Part shown: piece after piece, positions 9,080 to 16,092 of the stretch
How the letters are laid out: every line of letters starts with the position of its first letter
Numbering within the stretch: position 1 is the stretch's first letter
Source: an uncultured virus (IMG/VR IMGVR_UViG_3300027804_000061)
Lineage: Duplodnaviria; Heunggongvirae; Uroviricota; Caudoviricetes
Virus record (IMG/VR): IMGVR_UViG_3300027804_000061
DNA: 20,000 bases
Direction: 5' to 3' (one strand)
Notes under the pieces: generated by a model
What the model was told of the DNA's origin: nothing
The model's database searches: none
Seen by the model: the letters and a program-made list of their open reading frames with translations, nothing else
Made by a program: the position numbers and the translations under genes

Positions 9080-9671
9080 ACACCTTGGCAAACACAGGAC
9101 GCTGCGGCTGTCCCTGATACTTTCCCGCGCGGTCGGCGTATGTCACCATAGGCGCACACGCTCCCTTGTGAAACAGAATCTGCGCAATGCCTTCTCCGAT
9201 ATACACACGCACCGGGCGCGTGGTGGTGTTGTGCAGCTCGATGGTAAGAAACCCCTGCCAGTCTGGCTCCAGCGGCGTTACGTTGACAATCAGTCCGCAG
9301 CGCGCATACGTGGATTTGCCCAGGCATACGCCCAACACGTCACGCGGAATGGCAAACCGCTCCACGCTGACGCCCAGCGCAAACCCGTGCGGGCGAATGG
9401 TGACGTGCCGGCCGTGCTTGCCGGTGACGTTGGGCAGCAGCTTCCACTGCGGCCGCTGATCCGTCGGATCCTTGGGGTCCATTGGATAGTCCTCAATGCC
9501 GCGCGCAGTTTCGTAGACTTCATCTCCAATGCGGATGTCATATCCAAACGAGGACAGCCCGTATGAAATGACCTTGCGCCCGTCCTTGTCCCGCGTCTGC
9601 TGCGGGACAAACGGATCAATCATGTTTCCAATTTCCTGATACCGTGCAATTTCTTTGTCAGTAAGAATCAT
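9078..9671 (-). CDS. dcd: dCTP deaminase
   Basis: Family motifs MILTD, MIDPF, ISYGLSSFGYDIR, GKSTYARCGLIVNVTPLEP, GFLTIEL, EGIAQILF, YADRAGKYQGQ. Confidence 0.96.
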   Translation of the reverse strand: MILTDKEIARYQEIGNMIDPFVPQQTRDKDGRKVISYGLSSFGYDIRIGDEVYETARGIEDYPMDPKDPTDQRPQWKLLPNVTGKHGRHVTIRPHGFALGVSVERFAIPRDVLGVCLGKSTYARCGLIVNVTPLEPDWQGFLTIELHNTTTRPVRVYIGEGIAQILFHKGACAPMVTYADRAGKYQGQPQRPVFAKV

Positions 9672-9673
9672 GG

Positions 9674-10279
9674 TTAAAACGGTTCATCCATTACCAGAAT
9701 AATGGAGTCTGGATCTGTTTTGACAATCTTTTTTGCTTCTTCAATGCTGACGGAAACGTGCACGCCGTTGACTACGTGCTTAAGAACGCCAATGCCAATT
9801 TCCGCCAGTCGAATTGCTTCTTCGCTTTTGGGGATGTCCATGTCAATGTCCCCTCTGTCCGGGTTGTTTAAGTCATCCTGTTCCAGTTCCTCCAGAAGAT
9901 CTTCTATTCCCTGCATGGAATCTGGAATCAGCACAGACTCGGATCCTTTGCCGTTTTCCACCATGTTTTGAAGCGTTTTGCGATCAAAATCACAGTCATA
10001 CCAGGGAATCATTTCCGACATCACGTCATACATAGGCATCATGCCGGACATCTTTTCACTGCGCAGTTCGCGTTCAAAATGTTCCTTAAGATGCTGTCTT
10101 GCCTGCATTGCTTCTTCCATTGTATTGAAGTAATAGCATCTTCTGTCACGATCATAACGAATATTTGGTTCTTTTGTCAACGAAGAATAAGAAAAATATT
10201 TCTCATATGCTGTTTTTTTGTCAGCAACAACATTGTTTTCGTTTACCAGTCTTAGCAAAAATCTATTAATCTTTTTCAC
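9674..10279 (-). CDS. Hypothetical protein with acidic C-terminal half (about 201 aa)
   Basis: Probable start is GTG at 10279 behind AGGAG rather than the ATG at 10303; ends 2 nt before dcd. Confidence 0.7.
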   Translation of the reverse strand: MKKINRFLLRLVNENNVVADKKTAYEKYFSYSSLTKEPNIRYDRDRRCYYFNTMEEAMQARQHLKEHFERELRSEKMSGMMPMYDVMSEMIPWYDCDFDRKTLQNMVENGKGSESVLIPDSMQGIEDLLEELEQDDLNNPDRGDIDMDIPKSEEAIRLAEIGIGVLKHVVNGVHVSVSIEEAKKIVKTDPDSIILVMDEPF

Positions 10280-10287
10280 GTATCTCC

Positions 10288-10303
10288 TATAATCTAAAAA
10301 CAT
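10288..10303 (+). promoter_or_regulatory. -10 box for a (near-)leaderless transcript
   Basis: TATAAT at 10288-10293, 10 nt before ATG 10304; no Shine-Dalgarno. Confidence 0.55.
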
Positions 10304-10702
10304 ATGTCAAAAATTACCATTACATTGTCAGATTTGCAACTTCTACACGACGCGACAGCGAAATGTCTTACAGAAGATCTGGATGATTACAAGCTTCGCA
10401 TTGCGTTTGCATATTTCAAGCGCGACGTAGAACACAATCTGGGGAACGACAGCCCGTTTCAGAAAATTCGCAATGATATTTTTGTCAAATACGGCACGCC
10501 AACAGAAAACGGATTTTCACTTCCGGAAGACGCAGAAAAAAGAAGACTGCTTCTTTCCGGTCTGGAAGCTGCGTTGTCTGAAAAAGTATCCGTGCGATTT
10601 CCTGAGCTGACGGAAGAAATCATTGAAAAGGCAAGGCTTCCCATGAATGCATCCAGTCTTTCTGTGCTAATTGCTCTTGAAATTCTAAAGGAAACCAAAT
10701 AA
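10304..10702 (+). CDS. Hypothetical phage protein resembling the DUF1617-like genes found after tail fibre genes
   Basis: 132 aa, helical, pattern R(N)DIFVKYG...LL...V.V....L.....; TAATG-coupled to the next gene. Family resemblance is from memory only. Confidence 0.55.
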   Translation: MSKITITLSDLQLLHDATAKCLTEDLDDYKLRIAFAYFKRDVEHNLGNDSPFQKIRNDIFVKYGTPTENGFSLPEDAEKRRLLLSGLEAALSEKVSVRFPELTEEIIEKARLPMNASSLSVLIALEILKETK

Positions 10703-11748
10703 TGGCAAAAATCAACAACCGATACAAGAGCGTATACGTGCGCAGATCGCCGGGCGGATCTCCCATTGGCGATCTCAACGCTGGCACAGACATCTCCATT
10801 GAAGGCACGCAGGCCGGCTGGACGCGCGTCAAGATAGACGGCTGGGTGCGGTCGGACCTGGTGACGTCAGATGCCCCGGCACCTGTGACGTCGCATCTCT
10901 GGCATCATCCCAAGTATCTGCTGGGCATCAGCTGCCTGAACGACCACAACGCCGGCATGAATGCGCTGTCTCGCGGATGCCGCAGCGTGCTGTTTATGGA
11001 CGGCTTGATGGCGTCGATTGGTGCAGCCAAAGCATATCCGGACGCCATTATTTTCAACCGCTCGTGGTTTCAGAACACGCCCGATCCGACCTGGCTGGCG
11101 GATCATCACGGCGCAGGCCTGATGGACATCCCCACCAACATGTGGAGCACATGCGCCAATGAGCAGGACTGGATTGGCTACTCTACGCCGGAAGAGCTCA
11201 AGCGCCGGTTTGAGTTTGAGAAAACGTTTGCCGAGGCGCTCTGGCGCAAAAACCCGTCGCGCCGCGTTGTGATTGGTGAGTTCAGCCATGGCACGCCCAA
11301 CACTGAAAATCCTGCCATTGTGCAAACGTTCCGAGAAACATACTACGCGTTTGCCGCTGCCAACCCGGAAAAGATCCGGCTGGGCTGGCACTTGTATACC
11401 AAAGGCCGCCGGTTTGAATCGCATCCGCAGGAAGTGGACGGCAAACCCATCGGGCCGGAATGGTTTGAAGGGCGCGACGCGCGTTTCTGGTCCATGTGCG
11501 GCAGCAATCCCAAGGTGCGTCACATGTGCGGTGAGACCGGCGTGGAAAGCTCGCACGGCGGGTTTAATCACGCTGCCTACACCAGCCAGCAGTTTAAGGA
11601 ATGGTGCAACTGGTGGCTGGAATACCGGCGCAATCAGCCGGTGGCCATGGACGCTGCCTGCATTTTTCACGTGGGCAGCCACCCCAACTGGAAAGGCTAT
11701 GACGTGACGCCGTATCTGGGCGTGCTGCAAGAGTTCTGGCGCAGCTAG
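10702..11748 (+). CDS. SH3b domain + TIM-barrel glycoside-hydrolase-like protein; putative endolysin
   Basis: SH3b signature VYVRRSP...GWTRV..DGWV..DLV, then a short Pro linker. Clan GH-A-like candidate catalytic motifs ANEQD and CGETG, plus GWHLY. Lysis-region synteny. Confidence 0.7.
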   Translation: MAKINNRYKSVYVRRSPGGSPIGDLNAGTDISIEGTQAGWTRVKIDGWVRSDLVTSDAPAPVTSHLWHHPKYLLGISCLNDHNAGMNALSRGCRSVLFMDGLMASIGAAKAYPDAIIFNRSWFQNTPDPTWLADHHGAGLMDIPTNMWSTCANEQDWIGYSTPEELKRRFEFEKTFAEALWRKNPSRRVVIGEFSHGTPNTENPAIVQTFRETYYAFAAANPEKIRLGWHLYTKGRRFESHPQEVDGKPIGPEWFEGRDARFWSMCGSNPKVRHMCGETGVESSHGGFNHAAYTSQQFKEWCNWWLEYRRNQPVAMDAACIFHVGSHPNWKGYDVTPYLGVLQEFWRS

Positions 11749-11753
11749 ATATA

Positions 11754-11843
11754 TGGTATTCTGCAACGCATGACGAGTGCACGCGATCACGTGTGAGCGC
11801 GTCTTTAAGAACGGCGGTGCTTCGGCACCGCCGTTTGTTGTTT
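11754..11843 (+). ncRNA. Candidate small structured RNA (or leaderless 8-aa ORF) with its own promoter and terminator
   Basis: Extended -10 TGgTATTCT (11754-11762); hairpin 11772-11803; terminator 11810-11843. Confidence 0.4.
11810..11843 (+). terminator. Intrinsic terminator
   Basis: AACGGCGGTGC-TTCG-GCACCGCCGTT, a perfect 11-bp stem with a cUUCGg loop, followed by TGTTGTTT. Confidence 0.9.
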
Positions 11844-11844
11844 A

Positions 11845-11887
11845 ATTGCATCAAGATATTTTTGCAATAAACGTTATAATTCCGCCC
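11845..11887 (+). promoter_or_regulatory. Leaderless promoter for the SH3-C39 gene
   Basis: TATAAT (11875-11880) lies exactly 7 nt before in-frame GTG 11888; no RBS. Upstream inverted repeat ATTGCA...TGCAAT. Confidence 0.65.
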
Positions 11888-12589
11888 GTGGACAAGATTG
11901 TATTGGGCGGAAGATTTGCATCTGTAAACGTACGGCGGGAACCGCGCGACGGGGATACCATTATTGGCTCTCTTCCGGCAGGAGTGACGCTGGAAGTGGT
12001 GGGAGAGCAGGATGGCTATTACCGCGTGGCGGCGTACGTGCGCAAGGATGCGGCTGTTCCGTTTATCCCTCCCTCTAAAATTCCGTGGGTAAGTCAGGTA
12101 GCGTCGGCCAATCCCGACGCGCTGATGCGCAACGACTGCCAGCAGGCGTGTTTGTCGATGGTGTTTGCCGGCAAAACCGGCATTGCCGTGACGCCGGATC
12201 AGATTACCAAAGACCTGCAGATTCATCCCAGCTGGTATGAGCTGAATGGAAACTGGGTGCCGGGCAACTACACTACTGTGCAGCAGGGGGTGGCGTGGTT
12301 GAAATGGAGAGGGATCAACGCTGCGCGCAAGTTTTACGCCCGCAAATCGCTGCCCACACCTGGTTCTATTGTTCTCATTAACTACAGCCGGCTGAACCTG
12401 TCCAGCGTATACGACAAGTCCTTTTATAAGTTTCCGGATGCGTATCATTTTGTCGTTTTTCTGGAGGGAGATGACGAGCAGGTGGTGGTGCACGACCCGC
12501 TGTGGCCGGATCTGAGAGGATCCAGCCGTCGGTGGACGCGAGAAGAATGGAACAACTGTTTTACCGGGTCGTCAATTCAAATCACCTGA
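11888..12589 (+). CDS. SH3b-like domain + peptidase C39-like cysteine peptidase; putative second lysin
   Basis: VNVRREP...IIGSLP.G..LEVVGEQDGYYRV (SH3b); NDCQQACLSM (catalytic Cys), HFVV (His), VHDP (Asp). Start reassigned to GTG 11888. Confidence 0.8.
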   Translation: MDKIVLGGRFASVNVRREPRDGDTIIGSLPAGVTLEVVGEQDGYYRVAAYVRKDAAVPFIPPSKIPWVSQVASANPDALMRNDCQQACLSMVFAGKTGIAVTPDQITKDLQIHPSWYELNGNWVPGNYTTVQQGVAWLKWRGINAARKFYARKSLPTPGSIVLINYSRLNLSSVYDKSFYKFPDAYHFVVFLEGDDEQVVVHDPLWPDLRGSSRRWTREEWNNCFTGSSIQIT

Positions 12590-12590
12590 C

Positions 12591-13034
12591 ATGTTTACCA
12601 TTCCCACTCTTCCCAAAGACGCAATGTCATTGCTTGCAGCGGTGGTTATTGCCATCATTACCAGCATCGTTGCTCCGGTAATCACTCGAAAACTATTTGG
12701 GAAGGCGGGAGACAACAAGGCCAACGCAGAAGCGTCGGAAGTGCTGGCGGACACGGCAGTCAAGCTGATTGAACCGCTGAAGCAGCAGCTCAGACAGATG
12801 CAGGCAAACGTTCAGGATCTTCAGGCAGAAACCAGTTTGCACAAAAAAGAGATTGCGCGGCTGAAGGAAATGCTGGCGGAAGCCAAGACCCGGGAAACCG
12901 ATTTGATTCAAGACAATGCGGATCTCAAGACGGAAAACGAACAGCTCAAGCGAGAGCTGGATGAAGCCAAGTCTGAAATTGCCAAACTGAGAGATCGCGT
13001 TGCCTTCCTGGAGAACCGTGGGAAGAAGCGTTGA
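12591..13034 (+). CDS. Single-TM, long coiled-coil protein (lysis accessory; holin/spanin-like candidate)
   Basis: Hydrophobic helix LLAAVVIAIITSIVAPVI followed by heptad repeats; starts 1 nt after the peptidase stop. Confidence 0.65.
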   Translation: MFTIPTLPKDAMSLLAAVVIAIITSIVAPVITRKLFGKAGDNKANAEASEVLADTAVKLIEPLKQQLRQMQANVQDLQAETSLHKKEIARLKEMLAEAKTRETDLIQDNADLKTENEQLKRELDEAKSEIAKLRDRVAFLENRGKKR

Positions 13035-13932
13035 CGCAAAGCTCAGATCCGAAGTGCTGGAGATTCACCAGAAGTCTTTGCTGGAAAGCAAGGCAATGTC
13101 TGCCTCTGAGATTGCCAAAAAGATCGGCATCTCCAAAGACTCCGCGCAGAAGATTATCAAGCGCTACTCGGAATACATTGACATTGATTCTCCCTCCAAG
13201 GCGGAGAAGATTGCGCTTCCTTCTCCGTTGATCAGCACAAACGACACGCGCATTATTGTGGCAGATGTGCATGTGCCGGCTGTGGACTGGGATCTGGCAG
13301 AGCTGATTCTGGAAACCGGACGTCGTCTAAAGATTAAAGAGCTGGATCTGGTCGGCGATTTGTTTTGTCAGGACATGTTCAGCCGGCATCCCAAGATTGT
13401 GCTGGGACCCAGTTTCCGAGACGAACGCAACGAAGCCAAACGCATCATGGCGTATTGGATGCAGCATTTCACGACAGTGCGGTTTTGCCGAGGAAACCAC
13501 GACGAGCGCATCATCAATTCAATTGACGCGCAGATCACCATGGAAGAGCTGCGGGACCTAGTGGCCCCCGACGGCAAGCGTCACCAGATCCAGCCCAGCG
13601 TACATATCAAGATGTTTGTAAACAGCCCGGTGACAGGCATGTGGTGCCTGATGCATCAGCGGGAATACAGCAAGTATCCGCTGCGCGTGGCGTGCGATTA
13701 CGCGGGCGAGCTTCAGATGAACGTCATATGCTGTCATCAGCATCATAATGCGATTGGTTCCTTTAAGAATTTTACGGTAGCCGACTGCGGCTGCCTGGCA
13801 GACGCGCAGCAGACGGCGTATGTGGAACTGGGAGTCAGCCGCCTTCCCCCGTGGCAGCCCGGGTTTCTGGTCATGCAAAAAGGCAAACTGACTCCCTACA
13901 ACAAGTATGGCCATTACGGCCTGGATGCGTAA
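13018..13932 (+). CDS. N-terminal HTH + calcineurin-like metallophosphoesterase
   Basis: HTH SASEIAKKIGISKDSAQKIIKRY; motifs ADVH, GDLFCQD, GNHDER, MHQ, CHQHH. GTG 13018 follows GGAGA. Confidence 0.85.
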   Translation: MGRSVDAKLRSEVLEIHQKSLLESKAMSASEIAKKIGISKDSAQKIIKRYSEYIDIDSPSKAEKIALPSPLISTNDTRIIVADVHVPAVDWDLAELILETGRRLKIKELDLVGDLFCQDMFSRHPKIVLGPSFRDERNEAKRIMAYWMQHFTTVRFCRGNHDERIINSIDAQITMEELRDLVAPDGKRHQIQPSVHIKMFVNSPVTGMWCLMHQREYSKYPLRVACDYAGELQMNVICCHQHHNAIGSFKNFTVADCGCLADAQQTAYVELGVSRLPPWQPGFLVMQKGKLTPYNKYGHYGLDA

Positions 13933-13935
13933 CGC

Positions 13936-14550
13936 CTACTGATTGGCGATCATGATCAACCAGGCCGTCTCAAACACCGGGTGCACCCAGATGGATGACC
14001 TGGGATCGTTGGACGCCAGGATGCCCGGCAGCGCGCGGTGACCCACGTTGTTCCAGTTGATCTGCGTCGCCAGATCGCGGCTGATGCCGAGACGCACGGT
14101 AACGCTTTCTTTTTCGTTGCCCAGCTCGTCCTGCATTCTTGTTTTGAGATGCAGGTTCAGATGCAGCAGGCCCGGTTCCATTTCCCACGCGCGCTTTGCC
14201 AGGGATTTGAAATCCATCATGACACCGACGGCCATGGTCTCATCGTTGATAGGCGGGTTGAAGTTGCACGTGACGGTGGCCGTCCCTTCCACGCGAAACG
14301 TTTCCACGTAATCTTCTCCGCAGATCATCTGCGCTGTCTGTTCCAGGGACGGCGCGGCCGTTGGCTCCGGAAGCGTCGGGGTAGGAACAATTGTTCTATT
14401 GACCACAGGAGCAACGTAAACGCTGTTGCGGGGCTTCTGACTGCCGCCCAGCGACGACGCAACGGCGCTGAACAGGCAGCAGCCCAGGGTAAACGCGGAC
14501 AGCACGACCAATTTGCCGGCAAAACTCTTGTTCCAAAGTGTGGTGATCAT
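13936..14550 (-). CDS. Membrane-anchored exported protein with Pro/Thr stalk
   Basis: GAGGAG RBS; TM/signal LVVLSAFTLGCCLFSAVASS; linker PTPTLPEPTAAP; globular C-terminal domain. Confidence 0.75.
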   Translation of the reverse strand: MITTLWNKSFAGKLVVLSAFTLGCCLFSAVASSLGGSQKPRNSVYVAPVVNRTIVPTPTLPEPTAAPSLEQTAQMICGEDYVETFRVEGTATVTCNFNPPINDETMAVGVMMDFKSLAKRAWEMEPGLLHLNLHLKTRMQDELGNEKESVTVRLGISRDLATQINWNNVGHRALPGILASNDPRSSIWVHPVFETAWLIMIANQ

Positions 14551-14585
14551 CAATTCTCCTCAAAAAACTGCGTTATATACAATAC

Positions 14586-14936
14586 TTATTGGGGGTTTGC
14601 ATTCGGCGCAGGACCGTATGCAATTTCAAACTTGTAATGAACGGACAAGGCTTTTTCCATCGTGTGGCATTGGACATACTCCACTTCCTTTCCGTTCACA
14701 TCGCAAACGGTTACATAGAACATGCCAAGCGTCTCGCCGAGCCCGCTAAAGATGGTTTTTACGGTGTTCTTCCCGGCTTCGGTGTAACGGACCAGTTCGT
14801 GTTTGGCATGCCAGCGTTTCCATTCTTCTTCTTCATGGTCGAGAGCCAGCCGCCAGGCCTCGGGGTCGGCATACGGAATGATGCCGGGAGTAATCCAGGG
14901 GCGGACGATGCCGTCGCTTTCGTAGTAAAAGTTCAT
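14586..14936 (-). CDS. Hypothetical phage protein (116 aa)
   Basis: Start reassigned to ATG 14936 (MNFYYESDG) behind AGGAGA. The longer listed start overlaps the holin. Confidence 0.7.
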   Translation of the reverse strand: MNFYYESDGIVRPWITPGIIPYADPEAWRLALDHEEEEWKRWHAKHELVRYTEAGKNTVKTIFSGLGETLGMFYVTVCDVNGKEVEYVQCHTMEKALSVHYKFEIAYGPAPNANPQ

Positions 14937-14962
14937 GATCAATTCTCCTGAAATAATTGCTT

Positions 14963-14997
14963 TTGTGTGTATCTTGCAAGTTGATACAATTTGCGCC
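14963..14997 (+). promoter_or_regulatory. Leaderless extended -10 promoter of the holin inside a palindromic divergent spacer
   Basis: TGaTACAAT (TACAAT 14985-14990) lies 7 nt before ATG 14998. Inverted repeat TGTATC...GATACA flanks a central CTTGCAAG palindrome. Confidence 0.65.
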
Positions 14998-15420
14998 ATG
15001 GTTGATTTTGAACATTTCCTTTCCCTCATTCTGCAGACTGTTCTCCCTGTGGCAGCAGCCATGATTGCCGGCGCAGCAGTTGCACTGGCAAAACATTTTC
15101 TGGCCAAGCTGCGATTTGAGCTCGGCACGTCTCGCTACTACCTGTTGACCAGCATGGTGCGCACGGCCGTGCTGTATGCCGAGCAGGCGGGCATTACCGG
15201 GATCATCGAGAACGCTGGAGAAGAGAAAAAGCGCGAGGCGGTCAACTTTGTGATCCGGCAGCTGGACAACTACGGGTTGTCGCATGTCAACGCGGATGAA
15301 ATCAGCCGCCTGATCGAGGCGTCAGTGCATGATGTGTTCAAGCGGGAGCAGAGCAGCATTTACGCCCTGCTGGACAACGAACCTGAGGAGGTGATCCCTT
15401 CTCCTGACGAAGAAAAGTAG
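14998..15420 (+). CDS. Phage holin, LL-H family-like
   Basis: One N-terminal TM, then VRTAVLYAEQ...GEEKKREAV...I..LIEASV, the typical LL-H holin pattern; acidic tail. Start reassigned to ATG 14998. Confidence 0.85.
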   Translation: MVDFEHFLSLILQTVLPVAAAMIAGAAVALAKHFLAKLRFELGTSRYYLLTSMVRTAVLYAEQAGITGIIENAGEEKKREAVNFVIRQLDNYGLSHVNADEISRLIEASVHDVFKREQSSIYALLDNEPEEVIPSPDEEK

Positions 15421-15426
15421 TCAGGT

Positions 15427-15460
15427 GCCCGGGCATCTAAAAATGCCCGGGCGTTTTTTT
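15427..15460 (+). terminator. Intrinsic terminator at the late/early convergence point
   Basis: GCCCGGGCAT-CTAAAA-ATGCCCGGGC-G-TTTTTTT. Confidence 0.9.
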
Positions 15461-15463
15461 GCA

Positions 15464-15682
15464 CTAATCCTGGCGCGCAAGCTCGCAGGCAATTTCTTCT
15501 GCTTCCGGCCACGTCAAGACGCGGATTGACCCGTCTGTTCGGCGAGTGTAGTAAATCTGCTGCTCTTCAAGAATTCCGGCATACAGCCCGGGTTCTTCGT
15601 CTGTGAAACATTGTTTCTGCGCAAGCGTATTGTTGTCGTAATCCCAGCAAAAGATGCGTGTTAGTGGATGGATTTTGCTCAT
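15464..15682 (-). CDS. Hypothetical protein (about 72 aa)
   Basis: Likely start MSKIHP at 15682; last gene of the early arm. Confidence 0.6.
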   Translation of the reverse strand: MSKIHPLTRIFCWDYDNNTLAQKQCFTDEEPGLYAGILEEQQIYYTRRTDGSIRVLTWPEAEEIACELARQD

Positions 15683-15695
15683 AAGCCCAACGCTT

Positions 15696-16091
15696 TTATG
15701 CCTGTCCTTCTGCTGCGTCTCGCACGTCAATTACGTTCAGCTCAAACCAAACCTTGTTGTGCGTCCACGACAGGCCGCACTTGTCACAGTAGCCGTTGAC
15801 GTGTCCAGTCTCTCCTGGAAGCATGGGCGCTCTGCACATGGGACACAGATCGTCGTCAACAGCCGCCCAGTCCAGCACGTGCAATTCCGGCAGCGGCGTA
15901 ATGTTCATCTTTTCCGTCTCGTCCGGCGGCTCAATCATCATGATGACCGGAGAATCCTGAATAGGCTGCGAGATCATCAGCACGTCTTCCGGATAATCAA
16001 TCACGCAGTGCGGATCCAGCTGCAGGATCAGATCCATCAGCGTGTAGTCGGACAAGTGCGTGCGCACAATAAATACATTTCGTTCGTCCAT
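15696..16091 (-). CDS. Zn-ribbon protein (paralogue B)
   Basis: GGAGAG RBS, start MDERNV; CPMC...GYCDKCGLSW. Confidence 0.7.
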   Translation of the reverse strand: MDERNVFIVRTHLSDYTLMDLILQLDPHCVIDYPEDVLMISQPIQDSPVIMMIEPPDETEKMNITPLPELHVLDWAAVDDDLCPMCRAPMLPGETGHVNGYCDKCGLSWTHNKVWFELNVIDVRDAAEGQA

Positions 16092-16092
16092 G

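Noticed and set aside
8919..9619. Alternative-frame ORFs over dcd (215, 105, 90 and 109 aa)
   Set aside because: The dcd frame has unambiguous family motifs; the others look like shadows.
9078..9671. dcd as an anti-phage dCTP-depletion defence gene
   Set aside because: Its motifs are those of the housekeeping trimeric dUTPase-fold Dcd, not the Zn-dependent (HxE...PCxxC) deaminases used in defence.
10301..10306. Zero-gap head-to-head genes sharing CATATG
   Set aside because: The minus gene more plausibly starts at GTG 10279 behind AGGAG, which leaves a short spacer containing TATAAT.
10867..12493. Long antisense ORFs (307 and 299 aa) opposite the lysins
   Set aside because: They are shadow frames of GC-rich genes, with no motifs or RBS.
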